NCBI GenBank assembly: GCA_030704615.1
Contig: CM060731.1
Span: forward strand, 34,968,001 to 35,032,000
Source of the DNA: Takakia lepidozioides
Lineage: Eukaryota; Plantae; Bryophyta
Direction of reading: 5' to 3'
Length of the DNA: 64,000 nt
In this document: in pieces, positions 10,862 to 22,351 of the stretch
Layout: the number at the start of each line of letters is the position of its first letter
How positions within the stretch are numbered: position 1 is the first letter of the stretch
Program-made: the position numbers and the translations under genes
The notes under the pieces: generated by a model
What the model saw: only the letters and a program-made list of their open reading frames with translations
Told to the model about the DNA's origin: nothing
Databases searched by the model: none

Positions 10862-13378
10862 CTATGTAACAAAAATGAACTCTCTATCCAAGCTTAAAGG
10901 TTGATAAGCAATGGGCACCACAATCTTTTTCCCTTCCAACACTGGAAGTTCATCCTTGCGGGGAGACTTCTCGCGCCAAATAAACTCATTCTCATGCTCA
11001 CATTTCCGCAACATTTCCTGGACAGCATCTTGCTCCTGTCTAAACCGTACCTTCCAAGTTTCCTCACCTACATACATGAAGACATAACATCAGAGAGAGC
11101 TGGGTGGTAAGACAATGAATCCACAGGCAACCAAAGTGTATGCCTCAGCTCCAAAATCACCAATATCCACAACCTAATCTCATACAAGTACCCTGTAAGA
11201 TAGCCCCTGCGAATGCTCGAGCAATGAACTCCGCTATCTTTGAAGATGAGCAGTGCTAGTGCTCTGTTTGATAGTCGTGAACAGCTATATCTCTTACTGA
11301 ATGTGGATCAATCATATATTTCTGACAGACAAGTGCACCCTAAAGGTGCCCGAGGGTATCAAATAGGCTCAACAAGTCACTCACCAGGAGACCGAACTTG
11401 TTGGAACCTGCTCAAGGAATATCGCAGTACCCCTACGGCCACCCCAAATCTTTCAACCTTTGTAAATTCCCCCGCTATGTACCGTTGGCTGCGCGCCTCA
11501 TGTAGAATGCTGCATATGGAAATGAATCTCTGCAAAAGTCCACCATCGACATGAGAATGTCACTTAGAAACCTACCTTATCAGCTACATCAACGTAAAGA
11601 CTCGGCAAGCTACCCTGACAGCAAAGCAACTGATGCAACCACAGGGAGCCTACGATGTAACATGACGTGCACATGCTCCTACCTACCCGGAACCTGTCGG
11701 AGACATCATTCCAATCACCAATGTGAGCACGCAGCAAACTAGTGACCTCCTCCAGAAATTGCACTACCCCATAGTGCAGCTTTGCCAGTAAACCCCCACT
11801 AGTTGCCTTCTCTTCTGCCTTGCGCACTGTTACAGCCTGCTCCATTGTTGCACATCCACAGGACGTGACATCAGTTTTGAACTGCAAGTATGTTTGCAAA
11901 TGCCTGCTGGCTGCTGGTTCAGGCACTGCTAGTTTAGACCCTTAATCACATGTACCACATGTCATTATGGTTGCACTGTCATTCACACCAATGGAAAAAA
12001 TGGCAGAGTGGGCTAAGAAGGCACCTGTGCTTCAGCAAGGCACACAACACTCATGATGGATGCCATGGACACTGTGGCTTCAGGGCACCTATCTGCAGGA
12101 AGTGCAGGCTGCAAGGTGGGGAGCACTTGCTCTGCCAAGTGTTGGTACACACCTGCTGCTCTCCTGAATAGTGTCGCCGACTCCACTAAATCTGCGAAGG
12201 ACGTATCTCACCGTAAGATCAAAAAGTCTAAAGTCTAAGGATGAAATAAACCTACCTCCGAAATCCTTTGGAGTAGCACTGTCTATCCTTGCAAGCAGAA
12301 CCAGCAGGTACTCAAACGTTGGTCGTCGCAGTCACTGACTCCAAGAACAGACAGCAGAACCCCTGAGCTAAGTTGCTGTCAACATGAAAGATGCTCACAA
12401 GTCCCCTGTTTAGAATGACACCGAGTAGCTTTGTCACATTAAACTCTCCAAAAGACAACCCTACCTGTGGGAAGGACCTCCAGGGCAAGTTCACGCAATA
12501 GTCCACCATACAAGAAGAGCACCATAGCCAGCTCAAAGCGCAGATCATCGATATGGAAGTATCGCGGGCCAGTCAGCCCGCTGCCACTGGAGCCACTCAT
12601 AGGGCTTGTCCACCGGATCCGCAGATCGATGGTCCACTGGACAATCTTGGGGTTATCTTTCCTATCCTCTACACATGTCACCAAGTTCTCCAGCAGTGGC
12701 AGGTATCTCTCCAGCTTTTGCAGGTCCTGCAAGAGCACATTTACAAAACACGAATTCAGCTACATTTCAAGAAAAATTGGACACAGGTAAAAAAGCAGAG
12801 CTTTACTCAGCCTGTGGTGGTTCCTCAGCCAGCATTCATCATTCTCGACACCTCTTCCTTGTCATCTCACCGCAAACCCTAGAAGTGCACACCACCTTAC
12901 CATTTTGGCTCCCTCAAAAGCTGTAGCAGATATGACTGAGAGGAATCATGACAAAAGAACTCTATTCTTAACATTTTTCTTGCTCATGGAATAAACTCTT
13001 GGGCATGCATTACTAGAAGCATAGCTAGGCCCTAGAGGGGGAACCTGCAAGACTGGAGAAGTGATACCACCAGCCATCTCCCTCGCAATGGCCGGTGTAA
13101 GGTTGCTGCTTCCATTGATGGAGTCCTCAATGGCTTTGCGCTTGGTGCTGAGCTCCTTAAGTTGCTCTAATGTGCCAGAATCTCTTGCGTAATATGTTTC
13201 CTCGTATGAAACCTGATGCACATTCCAAAGACTTTTACTGAGGATGGAGGACTTTTCAAGGAAATGCAAACCTATGGATGCAGCAAGCGTTAATTTAGTT
13301 GAACGATTGAGGAAGAACCGGTAAAAGACTCACCCTCTTTGTCTTCAGTTTGGGAGGATCTTGGAAATGAAGCAACAT
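10862..13378 (-). CDS. BRO1-like domain protein (ESCRT/MVB-associated, resembles Arabidopsis BRAF type); multi-exon
   Basis: Exons MLLHFQDPPKLKTKR | VSYEETYYARDSGTLEQLKELSTKRKAIEDSIN | DLRIRWTS..DDLRFELAMVLFLYG | AEAQ|AVTVRKAEEK..LLAKLHYGV | LRKCEHENEFIWREK..LPVLEGKKIV, joined by GT-AG introns. Confidence 0.85.
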
Positions 13379-14387
13379 TGTTCCCTCATGGAATCCAACC
13401 TGTAAGCTGTCCTCCTAAACTACTTACTATGAGCCAGAATCCCACCAACTCTTCCCACCGTGCCAGATTATCTTGACACCACAACAAAGGTATAATTATG
13501 TGCTAGGAATGACTGCCACTTTGGCTTTGCCGTCTTAAAGACTCGTAAAACCGACACCTGCTGTCATGTCATGAATGTGGCACAAGATTTCCTTCACTGC
13601 CCTCCGCATGGCTTTCCTCGAGAAGCCTCTCGTGTTGCAGTTTGGCAATGTCTCTTTTTATCTTCTCCTGTTGCACAGAGAAAGACCAAAAAGGGGACAG
13701 ACGATTATAACAGAGTGTGAAGATGATCCACTGTAAAGATCAAGCCAGACAATGAAACACACACGTCCAAATTCCCATCTCACAACATGCCATCTTATTG
13801 CCCTAAAATTTTTCTCTCATGGATCTCCAGAACGATGTCAAAAATCACAACTTCATCTCCACCACTACACGCCACGCAAAATCCCAACCACTACCAAACT
13901 CTAGCAAGAAACAGAAGAGAAACCTCCACCAACCTTGTAGCTTTCTTCCACCTTGTGCATAACAAGGAATCCCACAGCGCCCCCTGCCAATGTACCAATA
14001 ATGATACGGAGGTTCCCCAAAACCAGGCTCATGGCATCACCACTGCTACTCCTTCGATGCACCGCAACTCCAACTCCTCCTCGAATTCCTTCACCAGTTT
14101 GCAGATTCTCAAACCAAATACTTAACGACGCTTCCCTCGCTTGCCTTCTTCGCTGTTACCTGTGGCCCCGCCGTGACGGACGCCGAGCTTCGACGAAGCG
14201 CACCGACACTCTGCTGTAAAGGCACTCCAGCCTGCCTTTAGTTATTATTACTCATGTAAAGACAAACGGATCTCTCTCCCCATTGTTTCTTTTCTACTTT
14301 AAGATTTATCTTCCGCATCTACTTTCATTATCGGCCGGCAGCTCGACTGGATAGGACAATGTACAACACAATAGTGGTAAGGAGATC

Positions 14388-14396
14388 AAACCCTAA
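14388..14396 (+). promoter_or_regulatory. Telo-box (AAACCCTAA) in divergent promoter
   Basis: Exact motif between the BRO1 gene and the Lys-rich gene. Confidence 0.45.
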
Positions 14397-14702
14397 TACC
14401 TTGATCTGTCTGCCATGGTCTCCCAAAACGCTTACAATATGAGTCATTCACAATATAATTGTTAGCTAAGAGTAAGAGTTTGTTTGCAATTGCTGCTAAT
14501 TTCAATCGACTTTAGTAGGAGATTAGGGAGAAGTTACCGTCTGATTTAGACTACACTGGACGTTGCACTATTTCTCGTCTTCTTCTTCATCTTCTTCCTT
14601 CTCTCTTCTTCCTTCACAGTCTACAGTCGACCAGGTTTGACAGTCACCGTGCAAAAATCCGAGTCTTCTTATGTAGATTTCTCAGAGGGAGGATACTCAA
14701 CA

Positions 14703-15473
14703 ATGGCAGCTTCATTTAGAGTGAGGGGATCAGAGCTCTCATCCACCCCATGCACTCTGAGCAGAGCCGCGACATTGTTGCGTCGATTTCTCTCCAGTGA
14801 GACAGCGGCGGAATTAGGTTTTGTGAAAGGCTACCTGGATAGTGTTGCTGGGTCTGTTGATGAAATGCTGTCCAGGAGGAAGCCTAAAGGGCGGCGGTCC
14901 AAGGTGGGCATGGTGGGTAGCCAGTTACAGATGGAGCGAGAGTCTGGAATTCCGTGGGCAGAGATGGAGTCGAAGAGAATAAAAAGAGACACGCAGAGTG
15001 TAAAGGATTTTGAAGCTTTACTGGGTAGGGAGAGTGAGAGTGTGAAAGGGGAAGGAATGAAGCCCCTGCAAGGTGAATTTAATCAAAGGAGTACATCCCC
15101 TTCTGAGTTTGAAAAATTGATTGATGTTGAGGACGAAGCCGCTGCCATAACTGAGATGCTTGGTCATACAGGGAGGACTCCAGATTCTGTGCACAGCCCG
15201 GTCTCAAAACAGAGCAAAAAGAAAAGAAAGAAGGACGTTGTGGAAACAGAGAGGCAAACAGAGACAGTGGTTGTGGAGGGATTGATATCAACGGGCGAGG
15301 GCGGAAAGAAGGAGAAGAAGAAAAGGAAGGACGCGAAAAGACTGAAGGAAGAGCATGGTCATGACAAGAGTGATAAAGGTGATGAAATTTTGAAGCTTAC
15401 GGATGAAGAAGTGGAGCAGGGACATGGTGGAATCCAGAAACAGGGATCAAGGAAGAAGAAAGATAAGAAATAG
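14703..15473 (+). CDS. Intronless plant-specific Lys/Glu-rich protein, probably nuclear/nucleolar
   Basis: N-terminus (VRGSELSSTPCTLSRAATLLRRFLSSET..VKGYL) resembles, from memory, an uncharacterised plant family (Arabidopsis At5g60030-like). KKKRKK clusters in the C-terminal half. Confidence 0.65.
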   Translation: MAASFRVRGSELSSTPCTLSRAATLLRRFLSSETAAELGFVKGYLDSVAGSVDEMLSRRKPKGRRSKVGMVGSQLQMERESGIPWAEMESKRIKRDTQSVKDFEALLGRESESVKGEGMKPLQGEFNQRSTSPSEFEKLIDVEDEAAAITEMLGHTGRTPDSVHSPVSKQSKKKRKKDVVETERQTETVVVEGLISTGEGGKKEKKKRKDAKRLKEEHGHDKSDKGDEILKLTDEEVEQGHGGIQKQGSRKKKDKK

Positions 15474-16323
15474 ATGAAGAGGGAAGCTGAGAAGGGAGGA
15501 GCAACATAGACTGAGCAAAGCAGATGGGGATGTTCGGAGCACAAGGAGAAAGCATCTCAAAAAAGTGGAAAGAATGATAGGTGTCCTACATTTCAAGGAA
15601 CGTCGGGAAGCTTTCTGTCGTGGTCATTCTGGTTAGGAAATACCCGAACGACACAATTTCAGTTCCTGTCTTAGAAATGGATATCTGTGCAAACTCCTCT
15701 GATTGCTGGGCTTCAATTTAGGGGCTTCAAATGAGTCTATCCGGACCCTGGATCATCCCGCAAAGTTCCCTGCACCATGGTTATGTGCATTGTGAATAGC
15801 AGCTTGAGAGGGTCACATCGAATGCAGCGGAATAAGTGCAACATGCATCAGAGCTGGCGGCCACAGACTGATGGAAGAAATTGGTTTCGCGCCGCAATGT
15901 TGGTCTCTCAGCTATCTAATCCATAAGGCCGATTGTGGTGGTGGGTTTGGATTGTAGATCAAAATTGGTAGACCTTCCCTCTGGTTACTAGGGTGGACAT
16001 TCATTGGTCGCCCTGATCATAACTGTGCTCGTCTTAACAGCTAGTTGGGCTGACCCTTCCGATTGGGTACTGCCATACTTGCCAGAGGGTCCATTGTGCA
16101 TCCTCTCGCACCTAAGCAGGCGTGCCAATTTTCTTGCCCCTCATTGAAGAACTTGGTCATTTGTCTCTTTGGGGACACATTCACAAATTCTCTTTCTTCT
16201 GCCCTCCTCCCTTGCTCCTTCCCTTCAGATACCTTCAGGATTCTTCAGTCTTGCACTTTGAGGTTGTTGACATGGCTTCTTTTTGTCAGGATTTATTCCC
16301 ATAAGTTGACACAGAAAAATCGC

Positions 16324-16453
16324 AAACCCAATCCTGGGTAGAGTGGGTCAAGCTGGCCTGGTGAAAAGCAGGCCCTTGCCTCAAATTATATTTTCTGGTC
16401 AGTGTTCCAGCTGAGAAGTAACTATACTAAGTGTAGGATAAAACTTTGGTTCT
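16324..16453 (+). repeat. ~130-bp segment duplicated in inverted orientation at 27138-27270
   Basis: agagtgggtcaagctggcctg..aaaagcaggcccttgcctcaaattatattttctg..gtgttccagctgagaagtaact matches the reverse complement of 27138-27270 with few mismatches. Confidence 0.9.
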
Positions 16454-17757
16454 CTTGCTGTGGAATTATAGATTGCCACATTCATGTGAAGACCTGTCTG
16501 GTGTATCAGCAGGGTGGAGTTGTGTCTCTGATTCAAAAGAATTAATACATTAGATTCTCACTGATTCTGCAACATGGATGCCACCATCTTAATAGCCATC
16601 TTGATAGCCATTTCATATACCCAGCTTGCCCCTTACTCGGCTAGATGGGTGTCAGGCCCATATTTCTCAGGTATGACTGACCCCTACTGTAAAGGCAACA
16701 ACTGGAATGAAAAGAGATCTCACATAGCGAAGCCAGTGAAGTGCTACAACTACCCTCTCATAAGGGCTTGCTTGGACCATTGTGAAATGCATCTCAATGA
16801 CAAAGGTTGGTGTTCAAAAGCTATAGCAGCACTCATTCTCACTTAATCCAGTACCCTCACATAAAGTAGCTTTGTGTCCTTGTTATGACTACAATATTGG
16901 CAGCTTGCAAACCCTGCCAGATTCAGGCTGAGAGGAACTACTTGGATGACCTATGCAGCTTGCTTCAGGAAAATAGAAGGAACAGGTGTTACAGACTGGA
17001 TTCCCCCATTTACTAAAAATTCAGCTTGTTCGCAGACAACCATTTGAAGTGAGAAAATTTCAACTCCAATGAATTCATGGTTCTCTTCAGATTTTTCTTA
17101 GTTCATTTGCTTCTGTTGAATGATCTACCTTAAACCGAAGTTAGTGCAGCCCTCTATGGTACAAATGGCTTCTTCACTGCCTACAAAATTAATAAATTAT
17201 GACTGCTCTGCTCGTCATCTTTGAGCTAGGGCACTCTTTTTTCATGGATGTTGCTTGTTTCACCAGTAATCCCCACAAGAACAACTCCCATCTTGGAAGT
17301 GGTGAAAGCGGCTAGCATCCCTTACAACAACTGCTCGTCCAGCAATCTTTGAGATGAACTTGGTGGCAGTGTGGCAGTCACTACAAACCCGAAGGTTCTT
17401 GATGACACGGATAGGGGTACCAGGGGGCCTGCTGATGAGCCCAAAAGCAATGGCCAGCTTCTCACTATGGTGGCAAAGATAAGATTCCTTCTGCTGCTCC
17501 TCCATATCATGCAATTCAAAGCGCGGCACATACCCAGCCTCCTTCATCCACCCTGACAACCTCTCCAGCTCAGCAAGGATTTCCTCAATTTGTGGATGCG
17601 ATTTGTCTTCAACAGCAAATGTATGCACCTAATCGTCCACCTCAATGTAGCTGCATCCTGCCTCCTTTCTGACACCTCTCTCATCCATCATTTTTCTCAC
17701 CTTCGCCGTATCATCCCACTTGCCAGCAGCAGCATAGATGTTTGAAAGCAAGACATA

Positions 17758-18442
17758 CCGTCCCTAGACAACCGTTTAGGCGATAATTAATTCAAAAATG
17801 AAAGTGCCTAATCAATTCTGTGAATTTTTCAGATTTTGGCCTAATTGTTGGGAAATTATGGGACCAAAGTGCCTAATGCCCAAAAACTCCACCAAAAAAC
17901 TTGCAACTTGCCTCTTCTCATGTTGTTTGTAATAAGATCAAAATTTCTTTGAACAAAAATCAATACAAATATATGCGTGCGGAAATAACTTGCTACCACA
18001 ACTCAAGAGTACCATTATGTAAGCATGCACCAACATACCAATATGAAAACCAGTGTACCCAATGACCAATGTACCAAAGCCCCGTACCCTACACTAGTGT
18101 GGACTATCAATATTGAACTCACCTAAAGTGTGAGAGCGAAGGGAGAGATTGCTTGTACTAGCTTGAGCCTTGGAGCACCGCGTAACACAAAGAGGGGCAT
18201 TTTTAGGGTTTCAAAGGAAATGAAAGGTAGCTGGAGTGGAAGGGCCCATGGGCATTGGGTGTCTATTTTGTAAGTTTATTCTTAAGAAAATAAATGTTTT
18301 CTCTTCTCATGTGCCTAATTCTAAAAACTTATAGCATGAAGATGCCTAATTTGAGAAATTGTTTTCAAAACATGCCTATTTTTCTGATTGATTGATTTTT
18401 ATTATTAGGCGCAAAAATGCCTAAACGGTTGTCCAGGGACGG
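17758..18442. mobile_element. Tc1/mariner-type MITE (685 bp)
   Basis: 24-bp TIR ccgtccct(a/g)gacaaccgtttaggc with one mismatch; TA target duplication (17756-57, 18443-44). Removing it restores ...WHART-YVLLSNIYAAAGKW. Confidence 0.9.
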
Positions 18443-18506
18443 TAAGTTCTAGCATGCCATGGATCCCACTTGAGAAGGCATTTTGCTGCACGCTCTGCCA
18501 CCTTGG

Positions 18507-20872
18507 AAAGCCCTTGACGAGGAGGGGTGCACGGGCTTGGTCTCATGATTTTTGGACATGCGGTGTGGGAGATGTGGAATTTCAAGTACTTTGGGTAGTT
18601 GGAAATTCCCCCAAAATAGCAAAGTGGAATTCTTGGGACAATGGTTGGAGCCTCGAGAGGAGAGATCAAGGGAAAGGTCTTCGGTTCAAATCTGGTCTAG
18701 GCTCTATGGAAAAAAAATGCATTTGGACTTAGATGACATTGGACCCTTGGGCCAACGGTAGAGCCTACCCTAGAGGTCGCACTTGGGCCTCGACATAGGA
18801 GACCGCACTTGCATACATAGGAGATTGCACTTGGGCTTAGATGACACTTGACACTTGGGCCTAGATGACACTTGACACTTGGGCCAACGGCACAGGCTAC
18901 CCTAGCCCTTGACGAGGAGGACGAGGAGGGGTGGAGGGGCTTGGTCTCATGATTTTTGGACCTGCGGTGTTGGGAAATGTGGAATTCCAAGTACTTTAGG
19001 TCGCTGGAAATTCACAAAAAATAGCAAAAATTGCAAAGTGGGCATTCTTGGGACAATGGTCGGAGCCTCGACAAGAGAGATATCAAGGGAAAGGTCTCCG
19101 GTTCAAATCTGGTCGGAGGCTCTGATTATGCACTTGGACTTAGATGACACTCGACACTTGGGCCTATACATGGGAGATGCACTTGGATACATGAATAGAA
19201 GATTGCACTTGGGCTTAGATTTCAATTCTTCACACATGGGCCAATGGCATAGGCTACACTAGAGGTCGCACTTGGGCCTCGACATAGGAGACCCACTTGG
19301 GTCCATAAGAAATTGCACTTGGGCTTAGATTTCATGAATTTTCACATATGGACCTTGACATAGGAGACGCTATTCAATCATAGGGGATTGCACTTGGACT
19401 TAGATTTCAATTCTTAACACATGGGCCAATGGCGTAGGCTACCCTAGGCCTATATCTCCCAAACAGGAGGGTCTCTAGATACATAGGGATTGCATACTGG
19501 GCTTAGATGGGCCTCGACATAGGAGATGCACATGGGAGACGCCAAAGTTGGATGCATAGGAGATTGCACTTGGGCTTAGATGACATTGGAGTCCAACGCA
19601 ATGTTGTTTTTTGACAGGTAGCCCTACCTTTTTTGTGACAGGTTAAATTTTGTTTTGACTTCCACTGTGACAAACAACTTCGAGAAAATGCCTTTCGCAT
19701 AACAGGTTGACAGATTTTTGACCTTTCACACGATTTTGTCATATGAAATTAAAACGAAAAATGAAAAGAAGTGTGAACTTCTTACAACAACAATTAGTGA
19801 AGCTCCAGTCCGTGGAAAAAATAAATAAATCCGTGAATACATATGGTATTGTCTTTGTTTTCATGGGTTCCAAGTCCAACTCAAACATGTAGCATTCGTA
19901 CCACTTATTCTCTAACTATAAGACTTTAACATTTTTATCTTCATACGTAGCCCCAAACCTCTCTTTTTTGAGAGAGATTTTCTTGGCTTATCAACGAGCT
20001 AGGAAATACAATATGCCATATGATTGTAAGTAAAGATTTTGAATCATGCAGGATGGCCGTGTCGTATTAGGTGCAGTTGTTTGAATATAGCACCTCCTCC
20101 CCAACAAATGCTTTCGAAACAGGATCAGGAGAGGGACTCGAGAAGAATTTTTCTGGCACTGCTGCGGCTATGGGTATTCCGTGTAAGGGAGAACAAGTTA
20201 AACAAGCACTACACATTTTGAACCAACAATTCATTTTGGCTGCCAGACTCCAGTACTTAATTGTGCATTTTACAAAGGTGTATCAAGAATAAAGTCCTAG
20301 AAACGGGAAACAAGTGCATGCCTACATTATCCAACATGGATTCGAGCCAAATATCCGTCTACTCAACACCCTTGTCACAAAAAGAAAAAAAAAAGAAGAA
20401 AAGAAAGGAGGGTAGAGCACGCCTAGGAAACAAGCCTAAAACGGCAATTGGCTCTCTTGCTTTGGCAAAACATAAGAGGAAGGTGAGAGAGGGGCATGAC
20501 TCAGCACAACACACCAATCGGTGCCTTTACACGGTGTAATGGCCTTTGACCACATTTTCTCCATTGACTTCAACATGATGCAAAGTCTCTCTCTACAAGA
20601 GAGCCAACAAAGTCGGAGAGCCTAGAGGGCAGTTGGCAGTGCCTTTCCTAGGTGGACTTAGTAATAAAATTACCCCTAATTATCAGAAATTTCTGCCTTT
20701 CTTTTGACAGGCTTTTAAGAAAAAAACTTTCACTGTGAATTTTTTTTCTCACTGCCTTTTTTTTGACAGGCTCATATTTTTTTTGCCTTTTTTTGCCTGT
20801 CAAATGCCTTGACAGGTGCAAAAATCAGCCTTGCTGATTGGACACTTGGGCCAAAGGCACATGCTACCCTAG
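18507..20872 (+). mobile_element. Non-autonomous Helitron-like element with multiple 3' termini
   Basis: Motif tgggccaa(c/t/a)gg..g/cctac(c/a)ctag occurs five times (~18748, 18880, 19237, 19422, 20847). The last ends CTAG|T exactly at the PPR junction. cacttgggcttagat repeats; 18507-18735 duplicated at 18905-19150. 5' end not identifiable. Confidence 0.65.
19599..20833. mobile_element. hAT-like non-autonomous element nested in the Helitron-like repeat
   Basis: Imperfect TIRs CAATGTTGTTTTTTG vs CAAGGCTGATTTTTG (rc), clustered subterminal ttgacagg motifs at both ends. No clean TSD. Confidence 0.5.
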
Positions 20873-22351
20873 TAAAGGTGACACGGTCTGGCTGCCAGGA
20901 GTCCTGCTGCATTTGTTCGTTCATTAAACACTCTACCTGCATTTGACATACATGTAAAGGGCGAAGAGGTCTGTGCCGACATCATCAAAACCGCAATAGA
21001 ACCAGATATCATTCTAGAGAATGCCTCTATGGCTGCCAGGATGATGCATGTATTGAGCACACAAGTGAATGTGACCCTATCGGGCGTCACCTTTTCGCGT
21101 TTCATTCGGTCATACATCTCCAAAGCCTCCCTGCCCCACCCGTGCTGGGCATATGCGGCGATCATGTTCGCTCTGTCATGTTATCAAATACTTGACGGGC
21201 ATCCTTCACGCTTCCACATTTGGCATACATGTCAGCAAGAGCTGTCTCCAAAATGACATCTGCCGGAATTCCACTTTTGTTGATGTCAGCATGGACCTCT
21301 TTGCCTCTTTCCAGGACTCCTAGGCTGGCACACACATTGAGGACACAAATGAACGTGACCTTGTCAGGAGTCACACCTTCCCGAATCATTCGGCCATACA
21401 TCTCGAAAGCCTCCCAACCACACCCATGCTGAGCATATCCTGCAATCATCGCGCTCCATGACACCACATTTCGTCGAACCATATTGTCGAATACTTGCTG
21501 AGCATCCTTCATGCTGCCACATTTGGCATACATGTCAGTAAGCGCAGTCTCCAGGATTATATCTGCTGGAATTCCAGCTTTGATAATGTCAGTATGGCAT
21601 CATTTGTTGATACATCTGCAAAGCTTCCATCCCAGACCCATGCTGAGCATATCCCGCGATCATGGCATTCCATGAAACCACATTCTTTTGAGCCATTTTG
21701 TCAAACAACCGTCAATCGAAAAGATCTCATTTGCACACTTGTGTTTGGAGTCTGGCGACCTTTCTGTGAAAACCACCAGTGGGCAGCTGAGCAGCCACAG
21801 CTTTGAACAACCATATCCTCACATAGACCAGGCTAAGACTGCCAAAGCTCCAGGCATTTTTCAAATACCAGGGAATGGCCTTGATCAACCTAATTTTAAA
21901 CAAACCAGCGCCAGTAAGGCTGCTGTTTCTGCTTTTCCAGCCAAGGAGTAAAATTGTCATCCATTGAAGCAACTAGAGATAAGCTGAGATTACAAACCAT
22001 CATATGCCATCTTCCATCACAAATCCTCTTTGACAGACTCCTTGAAACCTACATGCACATAGCCTCACCTTATCAAACATGTTGTCCCACCACTGTGCAG
22101 AATCTGAGAAGGACTTCTGCCAGAGCTGTTCTTTGCTCATTGTTTGACCTGTGTCCAAGTACTGCAAGAACATCAGAACTCTGCTAGCTCCAATTCCCTT
22201 GCAGTCCTAGTGCTTTAAAATAAACTTTTTAGCAGCTCCTAGTTAAGCTGGTTGCTACTGTAGGCTTCCATTAAACTTACTACTAAAGTATTATTTAATA
22301 GTGAATAAGGTGGGAAAGATTTGACAGGGGTCTGCCAGGCCCCTGTCAGAG

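Larger units (their letters stand above)
17260..21690 (-). pseudogene. PLS-class E-DYW PPR RNA-editing factor pseudogene
   Basis: PPR motifs (NVVSWSAMIAGYAQHG, PDKVTFICVLNVCAS, DMYAKCGS) at 20873-21690; E motif split at 18444/17757; DYW domain HSEKLA..CSDCH..CSCGDYW at 17260-17628. In-frame TAG (~17629), internal deletions and TE insertions. Confidence 0.92.

Noticed and set aside
17629-17631. In-frame TAG corrected by U-to-C RNA editing
   Set aside because: Such editing is organellar; this is a nuclear locus already disrupted by insertions.
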